In this document: positions 9,791-19,592 of the stretch, in pieces
Layout of the letters: every line of letters begins with the position of its first letter
Numbering within the stretch: position 1 is the stretch's first letter
IMG/VR virus record: IMGVR_UViG_3300044808_000084
DNA from: an uncultured virus (IMG/VR IMGVR_UViG_3300044808_000084)
Taxonomy: Duplodnaviria > Heunggongvirae > Uroviricota > Caudoviricetes
Strand: one strand, 5' to 3'
DNA: 64,000 nt
Notes under the pieces: model-generated
Database searches by the model: none
The model's input: only the letters and a program-made list of their open reading frames with translations
What the model was told of the DNA's origin: nothing
Position numbers and translations under genes: made by a program

Positions 9791-12504
9791 GCCGTCCTCC
9801 GCTGCATCCATTCGACCACCTTGGGGTCGCGCGTGCCGGCGCGCATTAGGCCGTCGCCGATAGCACCCGGGTGCGTCTTTGAGCCTCGCGTCAAAACTTC
9901 GCCCGGCGACATGGCCTCGAACTTCTCGATGGCACCGATGAGCCGCTCCATACCCTCGTTCCAGAATCCGCCCTTATGTCCCCCACCGCCGCCGCCGCCG
10001 CTGCGACCGCCGTAGCGGCTCGCGTCCGGGTGAACCCACCCATCCTCATCCGGAGTGAAGACTTCCGCTCGTTCTTCGCCGATGAGATAAGCGCGGCCAC
10101 CGAAGACGCGCCCGCCACGCGCGCGGCGCGGGAGTGCCGGATTAGTGAAGTTGACCGTCTGCGGGGCGAGCGTCGTGTGCGGGGTGCTACTTCCGGAGCT
10201 GCTGCCACGGAATGCGCCCCCGGAGGCAAAGCCGCCCGCAGCGCCCATGAGCGCGCCGCCCCAGTCGCCACCGAGGGCAGAAGAGCCGATGCTTGCGAGC
10301 GTGCTGAGGATCGGCCCGACGCCGGGGATAAAGTTAAGGAACGGTGCGGCCACGCCTAAGATCTTCGAGAAGAGCCCTCGCTTCTTCCCGACCTGTTGTT
10401 GCGGCAATGCACCGGACAGGCCAGCGAGAGCGCTCATCACGCGCTTGCTCATATCCTGCGCCGAGGTAATCACTGTCTTCGCGGCGTGCCCAAAGGCGAG
10501 CGTGGTGTCCTGTGTGGCTTTGGGGAGTGGTAAGAGAGCCTGAAAGTGCAACCGTTCGACGCCGGCAATGTCTCGGTTGGTCGTGATCAATTCCTCGGCA
10601 GACTCCCTAACGTTGACGATGACCGGCTCGGTATCTTGAATGGTCTGCGTGAGCGACCGGCGCGCCTGCTCAAGCACTTTCGGCGCAGCGCCCGGATTGA
10701 AAGAGCCGCCGCCAGCGCTGAAGTCAATGCCCACGCCGCCCATGATCGTCACCGGTAACGGGTTGGCCGCCGAGAAGTCGCCCGTGCTGCGGAAGCCGCC
10801 GCGGTTCGCTGCCAGGCCGCCTATCTCTTGTGAAGTGATAATGCCGTCGCGATCTGCATCCCAAGTACGGTTCGCTCTGTACTCTCTCGAGCCGGCGCGG
10901 AAGAGGACGCCGCTGCGGCCGCCTAATCTTCCGGCTGCGACTGCCGAGTACACATCGCCTTGGTTGCGCATCTTCCCGGCGAAAGGTTTGTAGTAACGCT
11001 CGACATACTTGAGTTGCTCCATCGCGTTCATGCCGAGAAACGCATTTGAGCCGCTCAAGCCCAAACCCTTCGCCGTCGGATTCATAAACTGGATGAGGCC
11101 GCGCGCGGATGAACCTTTATTCGCTGCCTTCGCGCTGATGCCCGACTCGAACGCCATCACGTTCAACAACCACGCAGGGTCAACACCGAGGCGCTTCGCA
11201 ATGCCTTCGACCCCTTTGATGAACGCATCGCCGCCAGCTCTCTCCAACGCGTTCGCCCAACGGTCGAAGCCGCGACTCGTGCGATCAACTAATCCATTCT
11301 CAAAGCCCTCTACTACGTTCTCTCCCATCTCGGCCATGACCCGCGACGGGGAGTGCATGTCGAATATTTCCATCAACGTCTTGATCGTGCCGAATCCGAG
11401 TTCCGAGATGGCTTTCAGTGCGATGCCCTTAGTGGCGGTGATGCCCTCTGCGAGGCCGCTTGTGAGTCCACCTCCGAGCAACCCGCTCGCGCTCGCCTTA
11501 ACTAGACCACTAACGGGCGTGAGCATCTGGTCAATGATGGCAGCCATGCGCGCCGGAGCGTCGCCACGTTTCAGCGCGATGCCAAGCGACTCGGAGATGT
11601 TTTGCGTGAGACCTTCGGTCGCCCTCGCCTGCGCCGACTGGAGGATGTCTTGTGCCGCTGACGTGCGACCCGTTAGGGAATTTTCTAACTCGTCCATCAT
11701 GCCGCCGTAGCGGGCGCGCATCTCGGCGCGTATCGCTTCGACTGCACCTGGGCCGGAGAGTTTTCCCAACTCTGAAAGTTTGCGCGTCTCGGCGACGGTT
11801 TTGCCGATGGCGTGCGCGAGCATTTCCCAGGCGGGAACGTTCGCGTCCGTCAACATCTCCATTACCTCGGAGGAGACGCGACCTTCCGAGCGCATCTTCC
11901 CCATCGCGCGCACAACGGACTGCACAGCCTCCTCGCTGATTTCACCAGTCGCGGCTATCGCGTCGCCCACGTCGGTCAGAACGGGCTTGATCTCCTTCAC
12001 CTGAAAACCAACGGCAGCCATATACTGCGCGGTCTTAATAAGCGGTTCCGTTCGGAACGGGCTGGCCTGCGCGAAGTCGCGCATGTCCTTGATGAACGCG
12101 CGCGCCTTCTCGCGACTCCCGCCGAAGAGTGTTTTCTTCAGACCGATCTCAGTGGTTTCGAGGAAGGCGTTGAACCGGATGCCCGCTTCCGCCGCGTCGG
12201 TCAGCGGAGAGACCAACGCGTGCGCAAGTTGGCCTATCTGCGGGAGGCCCTGAATGATCTGCGAGATGTTGGCGAGGCCGGGCAGGAAACTGCCACCGCC
12301 AGCACCGGCGACGTTGCCCTTGAGTACGGACGTGACGCGGTTGACGCCTTTCGCGAATTTGCCGAGCGAGCCTTCGGCCTTCTTCGCGTCCTGGTCAACC
12401 GCCTTCAGTTCCTTGTCGGTCGCTTTGAGCGCGTTGAGGCCCTTCGCGCCGTCCACGTCCAGCACGACGCCAAGTTTGTAAAGGTCGAGCTTCTTTGTCC
12501 CCAT
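9787..12504 (-). CDS. Tape measure protein with lytic transglycosylase domain
   Basis: FAQASPF tape-measure motif; VMAFESG..ARGLIQFM transglycosylase motif; RARGGRV..YLIGEERAEVFTP C-terminal motif. Confidence 0.9.
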   Translation of the reverse strand: MGTKKLDLYKLGVVLDVDGAKGLNALKATDKELKAVDQDAKKAEGSLGKFAKGVNRVTSVLKGNVAGAGGGSFLPGLANISQIIQGLPQIGQLAHALVSPLTDAAEAGIRFNAFLETTEIGLKKTLFGGSREKARAFIKDMRDFAQASPFRTEPLIKTAQYMAAVGFQVKEIKPVLTDVGDAIAATGEISEEAVQSVVRAMGKMRSEGRVSSEVMEMLTDANVPAWEMLAHAIGKTVAETRKLSELGKLSGPGAVEAIRAEMRARYGGMMDELENSLTGRTSAAQDILQSAQARATEGLTQNISESLGIALKRGDAPARMAAIIDQMLTPVSGLVKASASGLLGGGLTSGLAEGITATKGIALKAISELGFGTIKTLMEIFDMHSPSRVMAEMGENVVEGFENGLVDRTSRGFDRWANALERAGGDAFIKGVEGIAKRLGVDPAWLLNVMAFESGISAKAANKGSSARGLIQFMNPTAKGLGLSGSNAFLGMNAMEQLKYVERYYKPFAGKMRNQGDVYSAVAAGRLGGRSGVLFRAGSREYRANRTWDADRDGIITSQEIGGLAANRGGFRSTGDFSAANPLPVTIMGGVGIDFSAGGGSFNPGAAPKVLEQARRSLTQTIQDTEPVIVNVRESAEELITTNRDIAGVERLHFQALLPLPKATQDTTLAFGHAAKTVITSAQDMSKRVMSALAGLSGALPQQQVGKKRGLFSKILGVAAPFLNFIPGVGPILSTLASIGSSALGGDWGGALMGAAGGFASGGAFRGSSSGSSTPHTTLAPQTVNFTNPALPRRARGGRVFGGRAYLIGEERAEVFTPDEDGWVHPDASRYGGRSGGGGGGGHKGGFWNEGMERLIGAIEKFEAMSPGEVLTRGSKTHPGAIGDGLMRAGTRDPKVVEWMQRRTA

Positions 12505-12507
12505 CGC

Positions 12508-12720
12508 TCAGTTCGGTTTCTGTCTGGCTCGTGCCTTGGCATCCAGATCGAGCAGGACACGGTTAATCCAATACTCGTCTTCGGCCATGATCTCGCTTGG
12601 CTTCCACCCGAACACCGTCACCAACCGGAGCACGTTCTGCTCCAGCGCTGACAGCGGGTGCTTAACTTGCCCTCCACTCCTGTAATGATGAGTTAGGAGT
12701 TGGAGGGCTTCTTGTTTGGG
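12508..12720 (-). CDS. Tail assembly chaperone -1 frameshift extension (G-T)
   Basis: C CCA AAC slippery site at 12714-12720; the -1 frame is open as PKQEALQLL...FGWKPSEIM...QKPN, ending 3 nt before the tape measure start. Confidence 0.75.
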   Translation of the reverse strand, partial: PKQEALQLLTHHYRSGGQVKHPLSALEQNVLRLVTVFGWKPSEIMAEDEYWINRVLLDLDAKARARQKPN

Positions 12721-13061
12721 TCGCGATCCTCCGCGATGGCTTCCGAAATCGCGTCGAGGTTTGCGTCCTCAAGATCGCCGAAGAACGCCTCATCCGCCTT
12801 ATCCTCACAATCCGGCCCGACGCCGAAGAGGGGAATCTTCTCGACGAGGAAGGCGAGTTGTTGCTTGATGATGTCCAGGCGTTCCTGTCCTTCCTTGCCG
12901 TCCACGTCCGGGATACTGCCAACGGTGTTCAAAGAGACCCCTCTGTAAAAAACTTCGACATCCGGGACTAGCTGCTTATTGCCATCCGCGTCGCGAATGA
13001 AGAGATTAACTTTGACTTTGTGCGGCACGTCCGCACGTAGTTGTTTGGCGTTGTATTGCAT
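12693..13061 (-). CDS. Tail assembly chaperone (G)
   Basis: Lies between the major tail and tape measure genes; has a slippery heptamer near its 3' end. Confidence 0.75.
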   Translation of the reverse strand: MQYNAKQLRADVPHKVKVNLFIRDADGNKQLVPDVEVFYRGVSLNTVGSIPDVDGKEGQERLDIIKQQLAFLVEKIPLFGVGPDCEDKADEAFFGDLEDANLDAISEAIAEDRDPNKKPSNS

Positions 13062-13157
13062 GGCTCCGTCTGCTCCTTAGTGAAAACGCGGGACACCTCC
13101 CGGTATCCCGCGCATGTGTGTGATCCGCTGCTGGCGCGGCTTAGCGCAGGCGCGCGG

Positions 13158-13925
13158 TTATTCAAGCGTCAACCGATTTCCATATTTCCCGAACTCGGTG
13201 TCAGAGGCTTTCGTCGGGTCGGAAATGCACTCGAACTCCAGCTCGTAAGTCGCATAGTCTTCGCTCTTCGGCTCGATCTTCTTGGCCGGCATCAGGGTGA
13301 CGCTGTAGAACTCGTCAATGAACTTGCGCGCGCCGTCGTTGTTGCCGATGTTGATGCCCTCGAGGCGCAGTCGCTTATTGACCACGCGCTTCGTGAGGAT
13401 GGAGTTGCGCGTCGAGGCCGCGTTCGTGAACGAAGCCTTGAAGGGCTGCGTGAAGCCCGTGACGAGGATGAACTTGACGCGCCCGTAGTTGAGATCGACC
13501 GTGTAGTTGGTGCCGAGCACGAGCGTCGTGGGCGTGCCAGCGCTGTCAACGATGGAGAGCGCCGAGACGATGCCCGAGAAGCCGGGCAGCAGGTGCTCCT
13601 CGCCCGCCACGATGCCGGAGGGGAAAGCCTGCGCCGTGACGCTGCCGCCGGCGTTGGCGGTCTTCGTGCCATGCAGGATGAGCTCGAGATTCTTGGCGGT
13701 GGACTCTTTGAGCGTGAGCGTGCCCTTGACTTCCTGCGAGACGGGCACATGCGCATCCTTCTCGTTCAACTCATTGCGCGTCGAGGTGTTGCTCTTGTAT
13801 TCCTTTGTGACCTCGACCGAGATCATCACTTCGCCCACATCTGTGAGCGCGCCGGCCACGCCGTTCGCGTCGTTGTCGGCAATGTAGAGTGGGCCTTTGC
13901 CAAGATGATAATTTGTTTTCGCCAT
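13158..13925 (-). CDS. Major tail tube protein
   Basis: YHLGKGPLYI N-terminus, 255 aa, position before the chaperone gene. Confidence 0.8.
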   Translation of the reverse strand: MAKTNYHLGKGPLYIADNDANGVAGALTDVGEVMISVEVTKEYKSNTSTRNELNEKDAHVPVSQEVKGTLTLKESTAKNLELILHGTKTANAGGSVTAQAFPSGIVAGEEHLLPGFSGIVSALSIVDSAGTPTTLVLGTNYTVDLNYGRVKFILVTGFTQPFKASFTNAASTRNSILTKRVVNKRLRLEGINIGNNDGARKFIDEFYSVTLMPAKKIEPKSEDYATYELEFECISDPTKASDTEFGKYGNRLTLE

Positions 13926-13952
13926 GAGTTTCTCGCCTCGATTCCTGAATTA

Positions 13953-14423
13953 CTAATAAGGGTCAAAGGTCGCCGTCGTGTAGACGACGATAAATTCAAC
14001 TGCTGCACCCGCCACTTCCATCGCTTCAGTCGGGACGATGAAGCCTTCGGAGCCGGGCTCGGTGTCCATCGCCAAGAAGCCCCACAGCATGTCTGTGCCG
14101 ATGGCCTTGACCACGTCGCCGATCATCGTCCGCAGGGCACTCGCCGGCGTCGCTTTGGAGATGAAGATGCGCACCTGCATCCGGAGCCGGTGCGTCGCAC
14201 CTATCGCGTGCTTACCGTCCTTCCCGACTTCGTCGGGCAGGTCGTACACGCCGAGGATGGCCTTGCTCGGTTGCGCCTTCAGTTCCTCTTCGTCGAACCG
14301 TTGCGCCCAATCTTCCACGCGTGCGCCGATGTCGGTCTGGTAGTCGTTCGCCGTGCGGATGCTCTGCATGCGCGTGACGACGGCTTCGACTATCTTTTGT
14401 CGCTTCGTTTTCAGGACAGTCAT
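13953..14423 (-). CDS. Tail terminator/completion protein
   Basis: KRQKIVEAV..I..ANDYQTDIG motif; position. Confidence 0.7.
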   Translation of the reverse strand: MTVLKTKRQKIVEAVVTRMQSIRTANDYQTDIGARVEDWAQRFDEEELKAQPSKAILGVYDLPDEVGKDGKHAIGATHRLRMQVRIFISKATPASALRTMIGDVVKAIGTDMLWGFLAMDTEPGSEGFIVPTEAMEVAGAAVEFIVVYTTATFDPY

Positions 14424-14725
14424 TACGCTGCAGCCAGATTAATAATCGAGAGGCCGGTGCCGTCCGGGTGGATGCGCTCGATGCGATAAGTCGTGCCGTT
14501 CACTGTCGCCGTGTCGCCGCGCTTCACAGCGCTGAGCGAAGCGGTCGGAGCCTGCAGGAACGGCGCGGGCTCCTCGACGTCGGTGTTGTAAATTTCCACC
14601 GACTGCGAGGGGTCGTTAAAGATGCATGCGACGGTCGCGAGCACGGTCACGCCGCGGTTGAACACGACGCTGACCGCGAAGCCGTTTGTTTGGTCAAAGA
14701 ACAGTGAGAGGTCTTCCTGAAACAT
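14423..14725 (-). CDS. Head-tail joining (head closure) protein
   Basis: VKRGDTATVNGTTYRI..PDGTG motif. Confidence 0.75.
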   Translation of the reverse strand: MFQEDLSLFFDQTNGFAVSVVFNRGVTVLATVACIFNDPSQSVEIYNTDVEEPAPFLQAPTASLSAVKRGDTATVNGTTYRIERIHPDGTGLSIINLAAA

Positions 14726-14854
14726 TGCTCCCTCTCGAAAAAGTTATTCCAGGCTGGAGCGGGAGCGGCTGGCGGCAGCCCTGGCTTGGTCGGGTGACGT
14801 GACGCAAGTCTCGCAGGGCTGCCCGCCGGTGCCGCGCCCCGGCCCGGAAATTCG

Positions 14855-15295
14855 TCAGACCACTAACTCCTGCGCGAAGCCGCGCTCCGTGGCGCTCGAC
14901 GGCACTTCCGACGCAGCAGACAGTTGAGCAATGACCGTTGCATACGTGCCCGCCGTGCCGTCTCCGCCCGTTAACGTCAAATCTTGATAACGCTTGCGAC
15001 CTTTCAGGTTGACCTGAATGGCGTAGAGTTTGTTGTCGTCGGTGGCCGCCGGCAGCGTGGCCGGGGAGACACTGAAGTCTGCGCCCGTCACATCGACCGC
15101 GCCGGTCATGTCGTCGGCGTTGGACTCGCGCAGTTTGAAGGCGGCGAGCGCGATGTCGAGCGCGCCTAACACCACGATGATGGTGAGGAAGGCGAAGCCC
15201 TTCGTGTCAATGATGCTCGTGGTGAAGCCCGCGTTATCGACAATCGCGGCGGGCGGCGTGACGTTGACCGTCTTGGTTTTCAGACTCTCGATCAT
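14855..15295 (-). CDS. Virion structural/decoration protein
   Basis: Directly after the capsid gene; IDTKGF..KRY motif. Confidence 0.55.
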   Translation of the reverse strand: MIESLKTKTVNVTPPAAIVDNAGFTTSIIDTKGFAFLTIIVVLGALDIALAAFKLRESNADDMTGAVDVTGADFSVSPATLPAATDDNKLYAIQVNLKGRKRYQDLTLTGGDGTAGTYATVIAQLSAASEVPSSATERGFAQELVV

Positions 15296-15389
15296 TTCAT
15301 TTACCTCTGGGCTGTGGCGCGGGAGGGTCTCTTGCCCTCCCGCCCGATTCAATTATTCAGCCGGTGCGAACGGCGCTGCTGAACGGCGA

Positions 15390-17396
15390 TTAGCCCGCGG
15401 CCGTCTGGAGAGCGACGATGGAGCCGGCCTTACGCTTGCTGGGCGTCGCGTCCGCGTTGCCGACGTCGTGGACGTTGATGTCGAAGCGCTCCGTGGCCTT
15501 GTACGCCTCGATGTCTTCCTCGAAGTCGTCGCCGTTCGAGTTCGTCATCTTCACGGTCATCCCACGGCGGTCGCCGAACTCGGCGGCCTGCGCGAGGTTC
15601 CCGTAGAGGAGCGGTATCTGGGAGTTAGCCTCAACGTGCGGCATGACCTCCACGTCCTCGACCGGGATGCCAAGGAAGACCTTGCGCATCTCGCCCTCGA
15701 TCTCGGCCATCGTCGCGCCGCCCATCGAAAGCGCGATGCGGCAGAGCACCGTCGCCCAGAATTCGTTCGTGCAGTACCACTTCACCTGGCCGCTCTTTCG
15801 GGCGAACGAGGGGAGGCGTCCGACGAGCTTCAGGATGTCCTCCTTGACGATCTCATCCCACGTGTTGCCGGAGGCGACGACGATGCCAGCGATGTTGCCG
15901 ACCGTGCCGGAGAGACCTTGGAGTTTGGGGATGACGCCCACGATGCCGTGGTAGTCCGATGAACCGTCGCCGATGAAGCCGCACTCGTCTTCAACCTGCG
16001 CGAAAGCGTAGGCCGACTCCGACGCGAAGTTATCGCCCGTCGCCATGAGCCAGTCCTCGGACAGTTCCTCCTCGTACTTGGCGAGCACGCCCCACTTCTT
16101 GGGGTCGAGGCCGACCAGTCCCCAGTCCTGCTTCGACTCGGTGAGGCGGCGGTTGTTCTTGCCCGCGCCGATGGGGTACGCCTTCAGGCCACCCTTGCGC
16201 TTGGGGCGCTCCTTGCGCGCGCCGGACATCGGGACAACGTTGGAGTTCGGGCGGAAGACGCCATATTCGAGTCGGAGGTCAATGATCGTCTGCTCGAACT
16301 CGGTCGGCACGAGGAATCCGCCCGACTCGTTGTCGCCTTCGCTGTGCGCGCGCCTGACCTGGATGCCCTGCTCGCGGCAGAACTGGATCGCGGGCTCGTG
16401 GCGGTGCAGCGCGGCGGCGATGAAGTTGCCGAAGCGATGCGCCTGGCGCGCGCCGTCTTGACCCCGGAACGCCTTGAGCTGGGCGCGGGTCACGGTGCGC
16501 GCAAGTTGCACGCTGTCGCCGCCGCTACGCTCGGCCGTCGTGCCCGGGTCTTCCGTCGGCGTGGGCGTCTGCGCCTTCTTGCGCTTGGCCTGCACGGCGG
16601 CGCGGAACTCGGTCATCTGCGCCTCTCCGACTGTGCCTGCGGCGATGAAATCACGCGCCAGTTCAACTTCGCCGAGCATTTCGGCCAGAGTTATAAGTTC
16701 TTCTTCCACGGTTTTAGTCCTCACTTGGGTGGTTGATTGTTGGGCGCGCCCTTCATCGGCGGTGCCAGAAATTCGGTTGGTTAGCTCTTCAGCCTGTTGC
16801 TCTTTTCCGTCGCGCTCTTCCGTTGCCAGCATCTCCGCTGTCAGGGCTTCGAAGTCGAGATCGCCGAGCGCGCGCCCGATGCCGGTCGTGACATCCGCGG
16901 GGATGGAGACGAGCGAGTTTTCGATGGGTTCCCAGTCATCAGACTGGTAAACCGGCCCCTCCTCTTCCGTCTCGCGCACGAAGTGGAGTTCGTACAGCAT
17001 CGCCCCGACGGAGGTGTGTCTGCGGATTTCGTCAAGGACGTCCTGAAACTCCTGGATGCCGAGCGGCGAGCGGCTGAAGCGGACGGTGCCACGGGTCTTG
17101 TGCCCGTCAGTCTTGACGGTGCCGTCCACGTGGACGCCGATCTGCTTAGTGCGGTCGTGCTCGGAGAGGAAGGCACCGCCGTTGTTGATGCGGTCGAGGC
17201 GGACACAGCCGGGCGCGTGGTTGAGGATGAGCTTGCCGAACCAGTGCTCGACGGGCACGTCGGACGAGAACGACATCTCGACCGTGCGCGCCTCCTCATC
17301 AATGGTCATCTCGGCGCGCTGGAGGGGCATTGCCCGCTTCAGCTTTTTGCCGAGCAGTTGGTCGAGTTGCGCGCGTTGGAGTTGCTTCTTTGCCAT
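15390..17396 (-). CDS. Prohead protease-major capsid protein fusion (HK97 fold)
   Basis: RTVEMSFSS..EHD..SVG..WEPIENSLVSIPAD protease region; GGFLVPTEF and LYGNL..ERFD capsid motifs. Confidence 0.9.
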   Translation of the reverse strand: MAKKQLQRAQLDQLLGKKLKRAMPLQRAEMTIDEEARTVEMSFSSDVPVEHWFGKLILNHAPGCVRLDRINNGGAFLSEHDRTKQIGVHVDGTVKTDGHKTRGTVRFSRSPLGIQEFQDVLDEIRRHTSVGAMLYELHFVRETEEEGPVYQSDDWEPIENSLVSIPADVTTGIGRALGDLDFEALTAEMLATEERDGKEQQAEELTNRISGTADEGRAQQSTTQVRTKTVEEELITLAEMLGEVELARDFIAAGTVGEAQMTEFRAAVQAKRKKAQTPTPTEDPGTTAERSGGDSVQLARTVTRAQLKAFRGQDGARQAHRFGNFIAAALHRHEPAIQFCREQGIQVRRAHSEGDNESGGFLVPTEFEQTIIDLRLEYGVFRPNSNVVPMSGARKERPKRKGGLKAYPIGAGKNNRRLTESKQDWGLVGLDPKKWGVLAKYEEELSEDWLMATGDNFASESAYAFAQVEDECGFIGDGSSDYHGIVGVIPKLQGLSGTVGNIAGIVVASGNTWDEIVKEDILKLVGRLPSFARKSGQVKWYCTNEFWATVLCRIALSMGGATMAEIEGEMRKVFLGIPVEDVEVMPHVEANSQIPLLYGNLAQAAEFGDRRGMTVKMTNSNGDDFEEDIEAYKATERFDINVHDVGNADATPSKRKAGSIVALQTAAG

Positions 17397-17432
17397 AGTT
17401 GCCGGCGGAGAGTGATGTCCTCTCACACCGGC

Positions 17433-17471
17433 AACTATATTCAGAATTGAATTTTTTTGATTTTGGCGACT
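17433..17471 (-). promoter_or_regulatory. Putative late promoter, copy 1 (upstream of capsid gene)
   Basis: Minus strand CGCCAAAATCAAAAAA...TATAGT; near-identical copies at 22589 and 24915. Confidence 0.7.
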
Positions 17472-17478
17472 TCGAAGA

Positions 17479-19008
17479 TTACTCTTCCTCGTCGTCAGGA
17501 GGCCCCGTGGGTGCGGGTTTTCCGGCGTTTAATTCAATCCCGGCATCTTGGAAGAGTTTCAGTTCACGCTTCCGGGTGGTGATAAACTCCTCGATGTCTT
17601 TGCCCTGCTCGGCCAGCGTGTCGGTGATCGTGTCGAAACCATTGTCGATGCCGGTCACGGTGGCGACGGCGTCGGTCTTGGGATCGACCCAGGCCCAGCC
17701 ACGCGGTTGGAAGAGCGGCTCCTGCAGGCGCTTGTAATCCATCACCCGGATGTCGAGCGCGCCAGAGAGCATCGCCGACTTGAGCCACATCAGGTACACG
17801 CTCCGCTCGAAGTGCTCGATCATGAATTGCTGGAGCGCGCGCCACTGCTCACGCTCCGCCATGAGGCCGATGCGGGCGCTGGAGTAGTTGACGCCTTCGA
17901 GATCTTCAGCCAAGACGAAGTAAGCCACATCGAGGCCGGCGGCAATGCCGCGCAGCACGCCCTTGGTGAACGGGCCATAACTTTGGTTCGGGTGTGACGG
18001 GTCCCACTTCTCGAACTCGTAGTCCTCCGGGAGCTTGAAGAATGAACCCGGCTCCGCGCTGGCGATTAGCGAATCGCCATCGTCATCATCGTCATCACCG
18101 TCGAAAGACTCATCTTCTTCATCCGGCGAGGTCTTCTTAAAAAATCCCATCGACGACGCGCCAACCCGCGCGGCAACCAACTCCGCCTCCTCGTATGCCC
18201 CGAGAATTTTCAGGCGGTGCATGGCCGTGTGGATCCAAGGCACGCCGCGCGTCTGGCAGTCATCGTCTGCGTTCTCGTCGTCGGGCAGGTAGAAGTGGAG
18301 GATCTCCTCGGCGGGGACGCGCGTGCGCTTGCGCATGTTGTTATCGAGGAACTGGTAATCCGACGGCGGTGGCGTCAGCCAGTAAGCGACGGGACGGTCG
18401 TTGTCGTCGATCTCGACCGACATGATCACGCGGTTGCCCGACCGCATCCGCTCGTTAAAAGTCTCGTCGAGCCAATCCACCGAGATGAACTTCAGCGCGA
18501 AGCCGAACTGGTTGTCGGCCACGATGGCGCGCACGAGCACTTCGCCGTCGCGGGCGATGGTCGTGCAGGCTTTGCGCTGGATGTCCGCCCATGACAACTT
18601 GCCTGAGGCCGAGGCGGTCTCTTTGTGTGCCCACAGCTTCCAGGCCGTCTCGACTTTGCGATTCAGCAATTCGTCGAGATCGCCCCGCTGGTTGGCGGCG
18701 CGCGCCTGCATCTTCATGCCATGCGGTCCCGCGACGTTCGTGCGCACCATCGAGAGGAACTTCTTAACGTAATCATTGTTCCTGGCCAGCCACTTGGATC
18801 GCGCTCGTAATACGCGCAGGCTCCGGCGCAGCTCCCAGTTGGCCGACGTGTTGACGGTCGTCCAGTCGTTGGTCAGCCGGTTGACGCGCGCGGCTTCATA
18901 GGAACGCTTCAGAAGACGCTTCTTATGGCGTCGCTCGTCGGCATCGGAGCGCTCCTTCTGCTCGGCGCGTATCTCCGAGTAAGTCGGTAATTGTAAGTTG
19001 AGAGTCAT
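17479..19008 (-). CDS. Portal protein, lambda family
   Basis: LRARS..LARNN, QTRGVPW, VNYSSAR and WAWVDPK motifs. Confidence 0.92.
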   Translation of the reverse strand: MTLNLQLPTYSEIRAEQKERSDADERRHKKRLLKRSYEAARVNRLTNDWTTVNTSANWELRRSLRVLRARSKWLARNNDYVKKFLSMVRTNVAGPHGMKMQARAANQRGDLDELLNRKVETAWKLWAHKETASASGKLSWADIQRKACTTIARDGEVLVRAIVADNQFGFALKFISVDWLDETFNERMRSGNRVIMSVEIDDNDRPVAYWLTPPPSDYQFLDNNMRKRTRVPAEEILHFYLPDDENADDDCQTRGVPWIHTAMHRLKILGAYEEAELVAARVGASSMGFFKKTSPDEEDESFDGDDDDDDGDSLIASAEPGSFFKLPEDYEFEKWDPSHPNQSYGPFTKGVLRGIAAGLDVAYFVLAEDLEGVNYSSARIGLMAEREQWRALQQFMIEHFERSVYLMWLKSAMLSGALDIRVMDYKRLQEPLFQPRGWAWVDPKTDAVATVTGIDNGFDTITDTLAEQGKDIEEFITTRKRELKLFQDAGIELNAGKPAPTGPPDDEEE

Positions 19009-19589
19009 TTCGGTCTATCGAACCTCACTTTGACGGTGGAGAATAGAGCGCCACCGCGGCGCATCCGCGCCCGGCGCAGTTCTCGTGCGTAGATGCCCGC
19101 GTAGTGTTTGCGCAGGGTGATTAACTCGCTAACCGGGATCTTCATCAGCATCCGGTAGCCGCCGCCGCCGCTGATTTGGTATTGCTGCTGGTCGGTCGTC
19201 GCCCGCCCTTCGAGTGTGGCGTCGATAGAGTCGAGAATCTTCTTCGCCTCAGAGCGATTGTCCACCGTCGTCTCCGCTTCCATTGCGGCGAAGCCCTGCT
19301 TGACGATCATGGTGCCTTCGCCGACCTGATACTTCTCCGTGGCTTTGCTCACCCACGCCTGCCAGTAGTAAGCGCCCGGCGTCATCGCCGCGGTCGCGGC
19401 CGCGAGCAGGGAGACCGTGAAGTCATCGCCGTCGGCGACGGCCGCGACGTCGAAGCCCGGTCCCGCCCCGCGGAAGTAATAATTGAGCGCCCAGCCCTCC
19501 GAGGCCGGGTAATCGAGGGTCTTCGTCCATTTCGGCGTCGTGCCGGTCGTCATCTCGCGCGGTTCGCAAGTCGGCAAATCTGTTGACAT
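19005..19589 (-). CDS. Head completion/adaptor protein (gpW-like C-terminus)
   Basis: Between terminase and portal; IDATLEGR..QYQI motif. Confidence 0.6.
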   Translation of the reverse strand: MSTDLPTCEPREMTTGTTPKWTKTLDYPASEGWALNYYFRGAGPGFDVAAVADGDDFTVSLLAAATAAMTPGAYYWQAWVSKATEKYQVGEGTMIVKQGFAAMEAETTVDNRSEAKKILDSIDATLEGRATTDQQQYQISGGGGYRMLMKIPVSELITLRKHYAGIYARELRRARMRRGGALFSTVKVRFDRPK

Positions 19590-19592
19590 GGT

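Noticed and set aside
13041..14489. 482-aa plus-strand ORF and similar long antisense ORFs across the prophage
   Set aside because: Shadow ORFs opposite well-supported structural genes in GC-rich DNA.
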